64,000 nt of DNA from Bacteroidota bacterium (GCA_046309355.1 JBKCPL010000031.1:70520-134519), one strand, 5' to 3'. Numbered from the stretch's first letter, positions 30,639 through 40,861 are shown. The notes: generated from the sequence alone by a model not told the origin. Made by a program: numbers and translations.

Positions 30639-33600
30639 TCCTGCACCACTTTATCTATTTCAGCAAGTATCTGTTTCTTCAAATCGTCAATTGAATTAGC
30701 CAGCAAGGCTGATTTCTTATCAAAGTCAACTGAGCGAATACGCATATTCAACACAAAGGTATCGCCATGTTTCTTGTAGGTACCGCTAAGCTTGTACGCC
30801 TCGGGAAAGTCTTTAACATCCAAAAATACCAGCGACCCGCCTTTAGCTCCTGAAACGCTTCTTTCGTTTAGCTCACCATCAATTAACTTACTTAAGCCGA
30901 GTTGGTCTTCCGACTCATCCACATCAATAAAAGTAGAACGTACAAACATAGGCTTGGCCTGCGCCAGCGGAATACTTGAACGAACGTCTTCGCTTACCTG
31001 ACCTATATCAAAACTTTCCGCTCCGTAAGGGCTGAATACTTTTGGCTCTTGTATTCCGCCAATACCTGCAGCTATTTGCGGAACACGCTCGCGGGCAAAA
31101 TTGAGCAAAGGCAATACGTCCACAAACTCACTCTCACGCAGCGATGCACCTTTTATACCCTGAAGCAACGAATAGGTGAGCAGACCTTGACCGTAACGTG
31201 AGGCCTCGTAACTTACTGCATCAGCAGCGCAACCAGTAATGATGTGTGTGCCCGTGCGGTCTTTTAAGCGATCGAGGGCTCGCAGTGCAGAAGAAGAAAT
31301 ATCGCGTTTAGAAACCAGATTATCTACCACCCTGCCCGATGCACATGCATCAATCATCATCACCTGTTTGAGTGCACGTATCTGTTTTAACTTTTCGGTG
31401 AGTTCACCCGATGAAATTCCGACTTTAGCTCTCAACTGAGGATCTGAATACGCTTCAGCCTGAGCTGAATGAGCAGTTTGTGTCAGGTAATAAAAATCTC
31501 CATCGGCACCCCCAATATTGATACCGTGGCCGCTCAAGTAAAGCAAAAACAAATCTTCCGGTTTAGCCTTTTGACTTACTTCATCAAGCACCTGAAGTAT
31601 TTGCTCCTTACCCGGCTTATAAGACGATGCAGTATCGGTTGTAATAAGATAGCCGAATACCTGCGAACGGTTAAATAATTTTGACGCTGATAAATTGATA
31701 GCCCTGTAAATATCTGTGGCATCTTTAGACGCATATCTTAAATCAATAGATGATCCTTCGTAGTCAGATGTCCCAATACATACCACATATACCGATGGCT
31801 TAACCACAGCATTGGTTACTGCCTGCTTCAGCGGAATGCGTGCACCCCTGCTCACTATGGTTTCATCTAAATTGTAAGCCCTCACCTCTATGTCATTACT
31901 TCCACCTTTAAGAAAAGGATAACTGGCAGTAGGGAGAACAAGGTACAACGAATCCGATGATTCACTCACTGACTGTGGCCTAATATCGGTGATTACCTCT
32001 TTTCCATTTATAAACATAGTTGCCTTGCCTATACCCCCACCCTGGTTGTACAAAGTGATTTTCAAATCACCATTTTGCTGCTCTGGATTCTGCCATTCAA
32101 GTTTAACTTTCGGGTATAATTTTACTTCTTCAAATGTGTTGACCTTTCGAGCTGCCTCTGCTGAAATACCCAAAACCTTTTGAAGCAGATTGGGCTCATA
32201 GTATTTGGATTTCAACTGTGACAATTCAATAATTTCATTTCCTGCAACATAGTACATGAGTTTCATGGCACCGGGAGAAGCATCAAACATTCCTCCGGGT
32301 GTTATAACAACCCAATCGGCAGAATCAATTGGATAGAAAGAAGCCATTGGTTGCGATGTATGAATATCCCAAAACTTAACACACTGATCAAATCCTGTAC
32401 TAACAACAAAACTGTTAAATCTGAAAAATCCGTTTGCCTGGCGTTTGTGTCCCGTATATCTGTTTTTCTCTGAAACGGTTTCTTTCAGCCACATAACGAT
32501 ATCTGCATTGGGTGCATTGCTTATAATATCGGTATTGTTTATCAATGCATCCCATATGTTATATTTCAGGTCAATAATTTGCGATGTAGCCGCAGCAGCA
32601 TCAATAGCTACAATGCTGGGATTAATCCCAAACGAATAAAATTTGCCGTTATCGTATCGTATTTTCTGTGCCCCATTGGTACGTTGTGCAGGGAAAATTT
32701 CCAAGCGCTTGGCGGTTTTAGCATCCCATAAAATTACGGTTGAATCAGTTGAACCGGTAGCTATATATTTTCCATCAGCAGAAAATGCTCCACAGGTAAC
32801 CATTGACCGATGAGCCGCAAGTGTAAAAAGACGTGCACCTGTTTTCAAATTCCATACAGCAGAGGTTCCATCTTTTGATGTAGTAAGCGCGAGCGAATCG
32901 TTCCATACATCAATATCCGTGATTATATCACTATGCCCTTTCAGTACGTTCATATACGTGCGGTCTGAGCGCTTAAACACATATACGTTCCCATCTCGGG
33001 AGCCTGAAAGAATTAAGTCGTTTCCTGAAAATTTTGCAGCCAGAAATTCGGATTGCCCTGCACGTCTTAATGAGCCTGTATGATTGATAATATTAAATAG
33101 CCTGATTTGATTGGTACGACCTGCAAAAATCAATTCGCCTGACTGGGCATGCATATCGGCCTCGTTAAAGTTGAAACTATATCCTCGTAACAAAGGTTTC
33201 GCATTGGTTCCATTAAAGCTGAACACAGCATTGCCTGAACTTAATATGGCTGCTGTTGGCATAACCGAAATGGCATCAGCCGAAAACGGGAGTGTAGCTA
33301 CACGTTGTGCTTTGGCATTATCCAGTAAAAAGATGTGGCCGCTTTTATTAATGGCATAAGTTAGGTTATTGAATACAAACACGGAAGCCGCATCTGTGAG
33401 TGTGCCGGCCGGCTGTTGTTTATTTTGCTGCAGGTCGTACTGTATCAACTCACCTTTAGCAGTGAGTAGCCATAGTGTATTTTTACGCAAAAATGCATGA
33501 ATAATTTTTTCCGGTAATTGAATTATACGCAGCGGTTCGGGTTGATTGATATCGCGTTCAATACATTTTCCTGTAATATCAACCGATATACATGTTGAAT

Positions 33601-34108
33601 TTCCTGTTGCAGCAAGCAGCACCACTTCATCGTAAGCTTCATAGTTACGCACAACTTCGCCAGTGGAAAGCGATACTGCCTGAATGCTTTTATCAGTAGC
33701 ATATGAAAGTAAAAATTTATTGTCGGCAGAAAGCGCCAATTTCTTCACTGCCCCCCGATGGTGAATGAATTCTTTGATGACCTGAGCGGTAGCAATGTTC
33801 CAAAGCTTAATGGTGTGATCGGCAGATGCACTGAAAAAGAATTTCCCATTGGCGGACACGGCCAGAGCGTGAACAGCATCCTCATGCTGTTCATAACTTC
33901 GTATTTCTTTTTTCTCGTTTACATTCCACAGCTTAATGGTTTTATCGCGGCTGGCAGTAAGCACATACTGATTATCGGACAAGGCTACAACATCGTGAAT
34001 AATACTGCTGTGGCCTAACGGCAATACCAGCTCAGGTTTTTGTGCGTAAGTGTTGTGCAAACACAAAAAGCACACTATGTACGATATGTACAGCCATTTA
34101 TTCAGCAC
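30635..34108 (-). CDS. Secreted 1157-aa multidomain protein with an N-terminal signal peptide, two WD40 beta-propeller regions and a C-terminal caspase-like (clan CD, C14-type) peptidase domain.
   Basis: The start is GTG. The signal peptide is [23 protein letters not shown]. More than ten WD repeats are present (TIKLWNV, TIKLWNI, SAVWNL, TVILWDA, CVKFWDI ...) across aa 35-590. The caspase block spans aa 772-1000. It begins [13 protein letters not shown], the catalytic His is in LYLSGHG (codon 31526..31528) and the catalytic Cys is in MMIDACASG (codon 31343..31345). Confidence 0.8.
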   Translation of the reverse strand: MLNKWLYISYIVCFLCLHNTYAQKPELVLPLGHSSIIHDVVALSDNQYVLTASRDKTIKLWNVNEKKEIRSYEQHEDAVHALAVSANGKFFFSASADHTIKLWNIATAQVIKEFIHHRGAVKKLALSADNKFLLSYATDKSIQAVSLSTGEVVRNYEAYDEVVLLAATGNSTCISVDITGKCIERDINQPEPLRIIQLPEKIIHAFLRKNTLWLLTAKGELIQYDLQQNKQQPAGTLTDAASVFVFNNLTYAINKSGHIFLLDNAKAQRVATLPFSADAISVMPTAAILSSGNAVFSFNGTNAKPLLRGYSFNFNEADMHAQSGELIFAGRTNQIRLFNIINHTGSLRRAGQSEFLAAKFSGNDLILSGSRDGNVYVFKRSDRTYMNVLKGHSDIITDIDVWNDSLALTTSKDGTSAVWNLKTGARLFTLAAHRSMVTCGAFSADGKYIATGSTDSTVILWDAKTAKRLEIFPAQRTNGAQKIRYDNGKFYSFGINPSIVAIDAAAATSQIIDLKYNIWDALINNTDIISNAPNADIVMWLKETVSEKNRYTGHKRQANGFFRFNSFVVSTGFDQCVKFWDIHTSQPMASFYPIDSADWVVITPGGMFDASPGAMKLMYYVAGNEIIELSQLKSKYYEPNLLQKVLGISAEAARKVNTFEEVKLYPKVKLEWQNPEQQNGDLKITLYNQGGGIGKATMFINGKEVITDIRPQSVSESSDSLYLVLPTASYPFLKGGSNDIEVRAYNLDETIVSRGARIPLKQAVTNAVVKPSVYVVCIGTSDYEGSSIDLRYASKDATDIYRAINLSASKLFNRSQVFGYLITTDTASSYKPGKEQILQVLDEVSQKAKPEDLFLLYLSGHGINIGGADGDFYYLTQTAHSAQAEAYSDPQLRAKVGISSGELTEKLKQIRALKQVMMIDACASGRVVDNLVSKRDISSSALRALDRLKDRTGTHIITGCAADAVSYEASRYGQGLLTYSLLQGIKGASLRESEFVDVLPLLNFARERVPQIAAGIGGIQEPKVFSPYGAESFDIGQVSEDVRSSIPLAQAKPMFVRSTFIDVDESEDQLGLSKLIDGELNERSVSGAKGGSLVFLDVKDFPEAYKLSGTYKKHGDTFVLNMRIRSVDFDKKSALLANSIDDLKKQILAEIDKVVQD

Positions 34109-35711
34109 AATATACTTTTACTCCGTATTTGTCAATATATAACCACGTGTCGTCTTTACGAACCAGGCATAGCCCCTCTACAAAATCCAATATCTGATCG
34201 TATGTAGGCTCTACAATCTGCCGGTTGTTGCGATCGACAAGGCCCCATTTACCGCCCTTTTTAACTTTAGCTAAACCTTCAGCATTAAAGTCAGAAATGT
34301 CATCGTAAATTACAGGAATAACTACTTCGCCTTTGCGGTTTAATATGCCCCACATCTTATTGGCTCGCACACGAGCATAGTCCCCTTTAAAATCATAAGC
34401 ATTGTCGTATGTAATTGGAATGACTACGGTATTGCCTTTATTTACGTATCCGAACTTACCGTCTTTTTGCACCATAGCCAGCCCATTGTAGAAATTTTGT
34501 GCCTTCTCATATCCGGCAGCAATAAGCAGTTTACCGGTTTCATCCATAAATCCCCATTTGCCATTTTTAGCCTTTACGGGGTAAAGTACTTTTTGGTATT
34601 GCAACATAATTTTCTGCAACTTGGAAACATTCGGGTAGTTTTTGTATTTATTCAGGAATAGTGTTATAGTGCTTGTATCGCTGTAGTTGATTTCCATTTG
34701 CTCAATCATTTGCCAGGCATCTTTTACATAGCGGTTAGTTGGATACGACTGTATAAAATTGGAATAGGTTAAAGAGGTTTTTTCTCCTTTAATGGCAAGC
34801 AAATAAATCTGCTCCTCGGCTTGTGCTATGTAGGGACTTGTTGGATACTGATTGATAAAAAGCTGAAACTCTTCTATGGTTTTTCCTTTTGTTCTGGTCT
34901 CGTACAACATCTTTTCATATTTGCTTTTAGCTTCTGTCAAATACATGTTATCCGCACGTGTTCTAATAAACTCTTCAAACGCTTCCAGGGTGTTATCAAG
35001 TAAACACTTATCATATATTAAACGGTCAAATTTCTCTTTAGCTTCTTTGGCATACGGACTTTTTGGATGTTTCTTTGAGAATTCCAGATAGGAGTCGGGT
35101 TGCTTATCGTTGGTGTTTTCCTGATAAAACTTTAAATCATAATTGTCTTTTGCCGTTTTTGCTTCTGCTGCGTCCGGATATTTTTTAAGAAACTGATCAA
35201 AAGCAGCAGATGTGTTTTCCTTTTCTGCATCGGCAAAAGCCAGTGCATTTCGTTTTTGTAGCACTTCCGCTCTAAGGTGGGTTTCGTGAAATGAATTGAG
35301 GTATTGCTCAATTGCTGACAGAGTTCCTGTTCTTAATGCAATCGCATAGGCAGACTTTTCAATTTGTTCTTTGAGCGCTACAATTTCAGTTTCGCCTATT
35401 TGTACTGAACCCATTTCTTTTTTCATTGCCGAATTGGCATCACGGGCTGTCTGTTGTGCTTTGATGATAAATTCATATCCTTTTTCATAGTTAAATGCCG
35501 GATTATCTTCTGCTGCAAAATATCGGGCCATACCATACAAGGCTGCGGGATGTGCAGGGTAATCGGCCAATATGTCTTCAAGTATATCTTTTGCTTTTGT
35601 GTACTGTTTCTCATTTAGTAGCTTAATTCCCTTTTCTATTTTGGTGGCTGATACAGTCAGGGCTAAAATTGCCAATGCAAAGGCTAATGTAATTTTCTTG
35701 TATGCAATCAT
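34098..35711 (-). CDS. Secreted protein with N-terminal TPR-like helical repeats and C-terminal WG (KWG-type) beta repeats.
   Basis: The signal peptide is MIAYKKITLAFALAILALTVSA. At least five copies of a helical motif of about 38 aa are present, of the form ..F..F..KYP.S.Y...A. The C-terminus has at least four WG repeats (KWGFMDETGKLLI, KFGYVNKGNTVVIP, KMWGILNRKGEVVIP, KWGLVDRNNRQIVEP). Confidence 0.6.
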   Translation of the reverse strand: MIAYKKITLAFALAILALTVSATKIEKGIKLLNEKQYTKAKDILEDILADYPAHPAALYGMARYFAAEDNPAFNYEKGYEFIIKAQQTARDANSAMKKEMGSVQIGETEIVALKEQIEKSAYAIALRTGTLSAIEQYLNSFHETHLRAEVLQKRNALAFADAEKENTSAAFDQFLKKYPDAAEAKTAKDNYDLKFYQENTNDKQPDSYLEFSKKHPKSPYAKEAKEKFDRLIYDKCLLDNTLEAFEEFIRTRADNMYLTEAKSKYEKMLYETRTKGKTIEEFQLFINQYPTSPYIAQAEEQIYLLAIKGEKTSLTYSNFIQSYPTNRYVKDAWQMIEQMEINYSDTSTITLFLNKYKNYPNVSKLQKIMLQYQKVLYPVKAKNGKWGFMDETGKLLIAAGYEKAQNFYNGLAMVQKDGKFGYVNKGNTVVIPITYDNAYDFKGDYARVRANKMWGILNRKGEVVIPVIYDDISDFNAEGLAKVKKGGKWGLVDRNNRQIVEPTYDQILDFVEGLCLVRKDDTWLYIDKYGVKVYCAE

Positions 35712-35719
35712 AGGTAAAC

Positions 35720-37165
35720 TCAATATTCAATAACTATTTTATCTTTCGCATTTCCTTTAATGTTTGGATTTTGTTGCTGTCCGATGAGTCTTGCCTGGTA
35801 AGGCACTCCTGCATTGTGATCATTAACAAAATCATACACCTCATCCAGCGTTACTTTGTTGTCCGTATTTTTATCCGTTTTCTGCGGATTTTGCAAGGCT
35901 TTCAGAAAAAAGTATGTAAACATCCCATGCTGTTGTTCAGGGTACCAGTTAGCTGTTTCGTTGCTTGATGTTGCCGTAATAACAGCACCGTTTGGCAGCT
36001 CTACCTTGGTTTCTTCAACCGGAATACCCAGCGGACTGATATTTTCATAAATATTGCCTGAATAGCATGCATCGATAATAACTGTTGTAAATTTAGTTCT
36101 GATCTTAGCCAGATTTCCATAGAGCAACTCTGTTGGATATCCACCAAACTGAACGTTATTGGGCTTACACTCTACCGGCACCAGGTAGCTTTTTTTGTCG
36201 TACTGCGAGGGAGCTCCGTGTCCTGAATAATAAATGAACACTTCGGCATTGGGGTTTTTAACCAATTCATACAACTCAGCTTTGTAATTTTCACGTGTAC
36301 CGAATATGGCTTCAAAATCGCCTTTGGCTGCATTCTCCCGGTATATGACATTACCCGGCATAAAACCCATTACATCTACCAGGTATTTTTTAATCATAAC
36401 AGCATCATTAATTGCAAAATCAACATCCTTTCCTTTGATGTTTTTGTAATCCTTATTCCCAATAACCACTGCGTATGCATTTTCATTTTTACTTTTGGTT
36501 ACCGGAAGGTTTATATCAACATCTGAGTTCCCTACTGATATTACCTTAACTCGTTCGTTGATTTTTTGCACGTTGGAACTCAGATTAATATCAATGTTTC
36601 CGATATTAATGTCGAGTGCGGTTACGAAGTGATTCTGAACTGAACGGTCAAGCTGATACTCTGTATCCAGAAAAGGGTCTTTAATAACTAGGTCAGTCAC
36701 AGCAAACTCTTCACCTTGCAGTGTATACTTGATGTCATTAAAAATTAGTTCGTGCAAATTATCCTGAAAACTCTGAGCCTGCTCACCATGTGGAACTTTA
36801 ATAAGAAACGGCAGCATATTGGCTACTGTAATTTTATAGGTTTCATTTTCGCTGTCGTATACGGCATCAATTTTAGACCAGTCAATAACCTTTTCAGCTA
36901 TGGATGCAATTACAATCTGGGTGAATTCATCCACTTTACGCTGCTTGTTTTGCTTATCAACCCGCACCTGATATTCTTCCAGTTTTTCCATCGGATCTTT
37001 TTGTAACCACTCGGTAAGTTTAGCTTTCACGGTGGCTTCAATCTGCTCTGCATAAGTTGGTTTGTAGGTAACCATTATTTCGTTGCTGAACGCAACCTGT
37101 TTCTGCGCAAACACATGAAGTGTTAGCCAAATGAAACATACAACCAATAGTACTCCTTTTTTCAT
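35720..37165 (-). CDS. Secreted protein whose C-terminal half is a caspase-like (clan CD, C14-type) peptidase domain. The N-terminal domain is unknown.
   Basis: The signal peptide is MKKGVLLVVCFIWLTLHVFAQ, and a GGAGG Shine-Dalgarno sequence sits 5 nt upstream of the ATG at 37165. The caspase block begins YAVVIGNKDYK. The His is in FIYYSGHGAP (codon 36218..36220) and the Cys is in VIIDACYSG (codon 36065..36067). Confidence 0.75.
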   Translation of the reverse strand: MKKGVLLVVCFIWLTLHVFAQKQVAFSNEIMVTYKPTYAEQIEATVKAKLTEWLQKDPMEKLEEYQVRVDKQNKQRKVDEFTQIVIASIAEKVIDWSKIDAVYDSENETYKITVANMLPFLIKVPHGEQAQSFQDNLHELIFNDIKYTLQGEEFAVTDLVIKDPFLDTEYQLDRSVQNHFVTALDINIGNIDINLSSNVQKINERVKVISVGNSDVDINLPVTKSKNENAYAVVIGNKDYKNIKGKDVDFAINDAVMIKKYLVDVMGFMPGNVIYRENAAKGDFEAIFGTRENYKAELYELVKNPNAEVFIYYSGHGAPSQYDKKSYLVPVECKPNNVQFGGYPTELLYGNLAKIRTKFTTVIIDACYSGNIYENISPLGIPVEETKVELPNGAVITATSSNETANWYPEQQHGMFTYFFLKALQNPQKTDKNTDNKVTLDEVYDFVNDHNAGVPYQARLIGQQQNPNIKGNAKDKIVIEY

Positions 37166-37178
37166 ATTTACCTCCATT

Positions 37179-38186
37179 TTATTCTACTGAACAAGCGCAG
37201 CGGAAGCCAATGCTACCAAAGCTATTGCTCATATATTCAAAAAATTTATAGTTAAGCATCAACTCAAGCTCATCGCTGTATATCGAGCCACCTTTTACAG
37301 CTTTCTTATCCGGATCAGAAAGTTCTGCATCTTCGCACCATTCAGATGCATTGCCTGACATGTCGTAGATAAATAGCTCATTGGCCAATTTTGTTCCAAC
37401 GGTTCCCAAAAGTGTCAAATCAGCATTTTTAGTATACCATGCAATGTCACGAATAATATTACCGCCACTGTACACATAACCTCTACTGTACAGTCCACCA
37501 CGTGCTGCATATTCCCACTCAGCTGCCGAAGGCAGGCGCTTATTTTTCCACTTGCAATAGGCCTGCGCATCATTCCAAGAAACAAATACAACCGGTTCTT
37601 TCCATTCGTCTTGCTTTTTTACCTGTCCGTTAGGGTTGTTAAACCAACGGGCATTTTTGTTCAACTCCCACTTGTTGTTCTTAGTTCGTGCGTAAGCAGG
37701 CATCTTTTTCTCGGCATCTGTGGTGTAGCCTGTAGCCTTTACAAATTGCTCAAAATCTTTGTACGATACTTCGTACTGATCTATCCAATAGTCTTTTTTT
37801 ACCTGATTATTCTTTTCTGAGTCTGATGTTACGTAGATCATGCCCGATTTGTACTTAAGTGCTTCAACACGAATTTTCCCTTTGCTGTGGAACAGTGTAT
37901 CATTCAGGTAAGGATTCCATGAAAACTTCATATTGCCATGTGGCTTGATGTTATCTCCAACGTCTCCAATAGCATATTTCAACTCAAAGGTGATGGTATC
38001 TTTCTGACTGGGAACAAACCAGGCTCTTACTTTATACCTGCTGTTGGTATCGGTATCTTCCAGTGCATAACTCACCTCTATAATTCGCTGATCATCTTTT
38101 TGCGCAACCACATTTTTCAAAAACTCCTGTGCTTTCAAGAGTTCAGGTGCAATTAACAATGCTATATATACTATCGCGTATCTCAT
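37179..38186 (-). CDS. Secreted protein with an FGE-sulfatase (SUMF1/formylglycine-generating-enzyme fold) domain.
   Basis: The signal peptide is [20 protein letters not shown]. The C-terminal domain shows [16 protein letters not shown]...[15 protein letters not shown]...GNASEWCED...GGS...GFRCA, all conserved FGE-sulfatase blocks. Confidence 0.75.
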   Translation of the reverse strand: MRYAIVYIALLIAPELLKAQEFLKNVVAQKDDQRIIEVSYALEDTDTNSRYKVRAWFVPSQKDTITFELKYAIGDVGDNIKPHGNMKFSWNPYLNDTLFHSKGKIRVEALKYKSGMIYVTSDSEKNNQVKKDYWIDQYEVSYKDFEQFVKATGYTTDAEKKMPAYARTKNNKWELNKNARWFNNPNGQVKKQDEWKEPVVFVSWNDAQAYCKWKNKRLPSAAEWEYAARGGLYSRGYVYSGGNIIRDIAWYTKNADLTLLGTVGTKLANELFIYDMSGNASEWCEDAELSDPDKKAVKGGSIYSDELELMLNYKFFEYMSNSFGSIGFRCACSVE

Positions 38187-38190
38187 CTTT

Positions 38191-39135
38191 CTATCTTTCT
38201 ATAGTTATATCCTTATAATCAAAGGTACATTGTGCACTACCCATTTTCAGCTTATGTACCCAGCGCTGAAACTCTTCTGATTCCATATTCGAAGGTAACT
38301 TATATTTTTCAGTTGCAACTCCCGTATACAGGGTATTTGTGGAGGAAAGCATTGGGGATGGAATAGGTTGCTTAGAGAATATAACAAACATTCGCAACTG
38401 CTCCCTGTACTTACCATCGCTTACATATGCACTTATGTTATGAAACCCTGCATTCTCAAATACATTATTACGTGAACTAAAGAATAGATAGTCTTCGTTG
38501 GCATTTACCGGCATTCCGTTTTCAAATTCGGTTGATGCTTTGTCGTAAGGTAAAAGTCGATAACTTTTACCATCAAACATATCGTAATACACCATAAGGT
38601 AACCCGATTCGGGAGAGCGGAAATACAAATAGAACGGATCACCATGTTTGTAGACGGTTGCCTGGCAACGCCTAAACTCGTCCTCGCAGGGTGTAGGACG
38701 TGCAATAAAGTCTACTTTCGGTTCGGTTAGTTCCCTAACTCGTACTTTTAGTGTACATATTAACTCAACAATATCGGTTTTTTGACCTCCCAGTTTTACC
38801 GTTTGCCGTACTTCTTCAAATTGTTTATCGAGCACTTCCACTACTTCACCCTTTACAAATGTATTGGCTATGGTACTGAACATAGATTTTGTTTCGATGC
38901 GTGAACCGTTGTTGCTATTTTCTATGTAAGTAGAATTACCCTGTATAATAACCTTACCGAATGCTTTCTCAATGGCATTGACTGTAGCCAGTTCTTCGGT
39001 TTTATTTTCAGCCTCTAGTCTGCTTTCATTTCGAGTCCATTCTCGCTGTGCTGTACCTGTTACAACAGCTATATTTTGTGCATGTACATAATACGCCATG
39101 AATTCTATTACAAGAAGTAAACAAATTTTATGCAT
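38191..39135 (-). CDS. Hypothetical secreted protein.
   Basis: The ATG at 39135 gives the signal peptide [20 protein letters not shown]. There is no family I recognise. Gaps to both neighbouring genes are short. Confidence 0.45.
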   Translation of the reverse strand: MHKICLLLVIEFMAYYVHAQNIAVVTGTAQREWTRNESRLEAENKTEELATVNAIEKAFGKVIIQGNSTYIENSNNGSRIETKSMFSTIANTFVKGEVVEVLDKQFEEVRQTVKLGGQKTDIVELICTLKVRVRELTEPKVDFIARPTPCEDEFRRCQATVYKHGDPFYLYFRSPESGYLMVYYDMFDGKSYRLLPYDKASTEFENGMPVNANEDYLFFSSRNNVFENAGFHNISAYVSDGKYREQLRMFVIFSKQPIPSPMLSSTNTLYTGVATEKYKLPSNMESEEFQRWVHKLKMGSAQCTFDYKDITIER

Positions 39136-39149
39136 GCTAGTGGAGTGTT

Positions 39150-39770
39150 TCAATTGAGCGTTAGAAGTTTATCGAGTTGTTCGCCTGTCAGTTTATTTGA
39201 AGGGCTGTTCGCAATAACTGATTTAGCAGCTTCTACAGTTTGTTTCAAGGGATAGCATACGTGAACACTCACTTCATAGGTATTGCCCTGCTGCCTGTAT
39301 ATTTTAAGTATCGGCTCAACATATCCAAGCCGTGTTGTTATGGTATTTTTGGTTTGCCTAACCAATTCACTAACCGATTGTAATTCGTCTTTCGCAATGC
39401 GGGCATTCGACAAATTGGCCTCCATGACTGAAATTAATGCCGACTCAATAAGACCGGCTACGGCTATTTTAGCAAATTCAACCGCTTGTGCCTCAGCTAC
39501 CGACTTTACATTGGCCGAAGCCTGTGCATCGGTAACTACATTTACAGACATTCCGCGCTCGTCTTTAAGGCGCTGTTTTTGCCAAACTGTACTAAGCTGC
39601 TCAGATAAAGGCAATGAGCCCGGGAAGGTAACCCAGCCTTCTTTTTCAAGTCGCTTCAACTCTTTCTTAAGTTCTTTTTGCTGAGCATCTGATTGTGCAT
39701 AGGACTCCTGAGTATTGAATACCAATAAACATAGCCATACTAGCTGAAATATATATTTTTTCATATTCAT
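39150..39770 (-). CDS. Hypothetical secreted protein, possibly LPP20-like.
   Basis: The internal ATG at 39770 gives MNMKKYIFQLVWLCLLVFNTQESYAQ. After a charged coiled-coil-like stretch comes an Ala/Val-rich amphipathic region (AEAQAVEFAKIAVAGLIESALISV). Confidence 0.4.
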   Translation of the reverse strand: MNMKKYIFQLVWLCLLVFNTQESYAQSDAQQKELKKELKRLEKEGWVTFPGSLPLSEQLSTVWQKQRLKDERGMSVNVVTDAQASANVKSVAEAQAVEFAKIAVAGLIESALISVMEANLSNARIAKDELQSVSELVRQTKNTITTRLGYVEPILKIYRQQGNTYEVSVHVCYPLKQTVEAAKSVIANSPSNKLTGEQLDKLLTLN

Positions 39771-39886
39771 GAATATAAACTGCGTCATCAATTTTTTACG
39801 AAGACGTAATGTATTGAATACCCGAAAATAACAATTCTTTCCTATTGGCAATAAAAAAAGAACCCACATTAAAAAGTCTTAATCTC

Positions 39887-40861
39887 TTAGCTGATTCGGT
39901 TCATCAAATCCATAGCACTGTTTACCAGCAATCTTTTCCGGTCTTGTGAAACAGATATTTTCTCTAATTTTTCAAATGCTGACTTCAGGTAATGCTCTTT
40001 GTGTGTTTCGCATACAGCTCGAATATCTAGTCTATTAAAAACATCTATCGTACCGTTAATTTTAGCAGCTAAGTCTGTAGAAAGCTGCCATCTGTCAAGC
40101 TCTTGATGGTCGTGCTCGGTTGCCCTGTTTCGGGCTTCTACCATGAGCAATGTTTTTTTATTGGCAGCAATATCGCCCCCGATTGTTTTGCCTACACTGG
40201 ACTCATCGCCAAATGTATCCAGCAAATCGTCCTGAATCTGAAATGCAATACCGATATTTTTTCCAAATTCATACATGCAACTAGCATCGTGAGTGGATGC
40301 TCCTGCTGTGATTGCTCCTAATTGCAAGGCAGCTCCCAACAATACGGCTGTTTTTAAAGTTATCATCTGTATGTACTCGTCTACGCTTACCTGTTCTCGT
40401 TGTTCAAAATCCATGTCGAGTTGCTGACCTTCGCATACCCCGATAGCAGCCGCATTGAATACCTTCAGCAATTCGGGAAACACTGCAGCATCTGACTGCG
40501 ACAGCAATTCAATGGCCTTTATCATCATCAAATCACCTGAAAGTATGGCAACAGTTTCGTTCCACTTCTTGTGTACGGTAGGCTTGCCTCTTCTCAATTC
40601 AGCTTTATCCATAATATCATCGTGAACCAAGGTGAAATTATGAAAAACTTCGACCGCTATGGACGTATGAAAAGCTTGCTCAGGCTTACCTCCAAAAAGG
40701 TCATTCGCCATCAATACAAGAACAGGCCTAAGGCGTTTGCCGCCTAGCGACATAAAATAATGTATAGGATCGTATAAGTTTGAAGGACTAGACCCAAAAT
40801 TGTATCCGGCTAAGCGTTCCTCTACTAGGGTTTGTATTTGGCGGTAAGATGTAAAGTGCAT
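39887..40861 (-). CDS. ispB: Polyprenyl diphosphate synthase of the IspB/octaprenyl-diphosphate synthase type.
   Basis: The first DDxxD motif is LVHDDIMDKAELRRGKPT and the second is FQIQDDLLD. Confidence 0.85.
   Translation of the reverse strand: MHFTSYRQIQTLVEERLAGYNFGSSPSNLYDPIHYFMSLGGKRLRPVLVLMANDLFGGKPEQAFHTSIAVEVFHNFTLVHDDIMDKAELRRGKPTVHKKWNETVAILSGDLMMIKAIELLSQSDAAVFPELLKVFNAAAIGVCEGQQLDMDFEQREQVSVDEYIQMITLKTAVLLGAALQLGAITAGASTHDASCMYEFGKNIGIAFQIQDDLLDTFGDESSVGKTIGGDIAANKKTLLMVEARNRATEHDHQELDRWQLSTDLAAKINGTIDVFNRLDIRAVCETHKEHYLKSAFEKLEKISVSQDRKRLLVNSAMDLMNRIS

Noticed and set aside
30635-39770. The possibility that the caspase cluster is a horizontally acquired island marked by a composition shift.
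   Set aside because: By eye the base composition and codon style match the flanking housekeeping genes, and there are no flanking tRNA, integrase or direct repeats. It is treated as a native accessory operon, but this needs a quantitative GC and codon-usage check.
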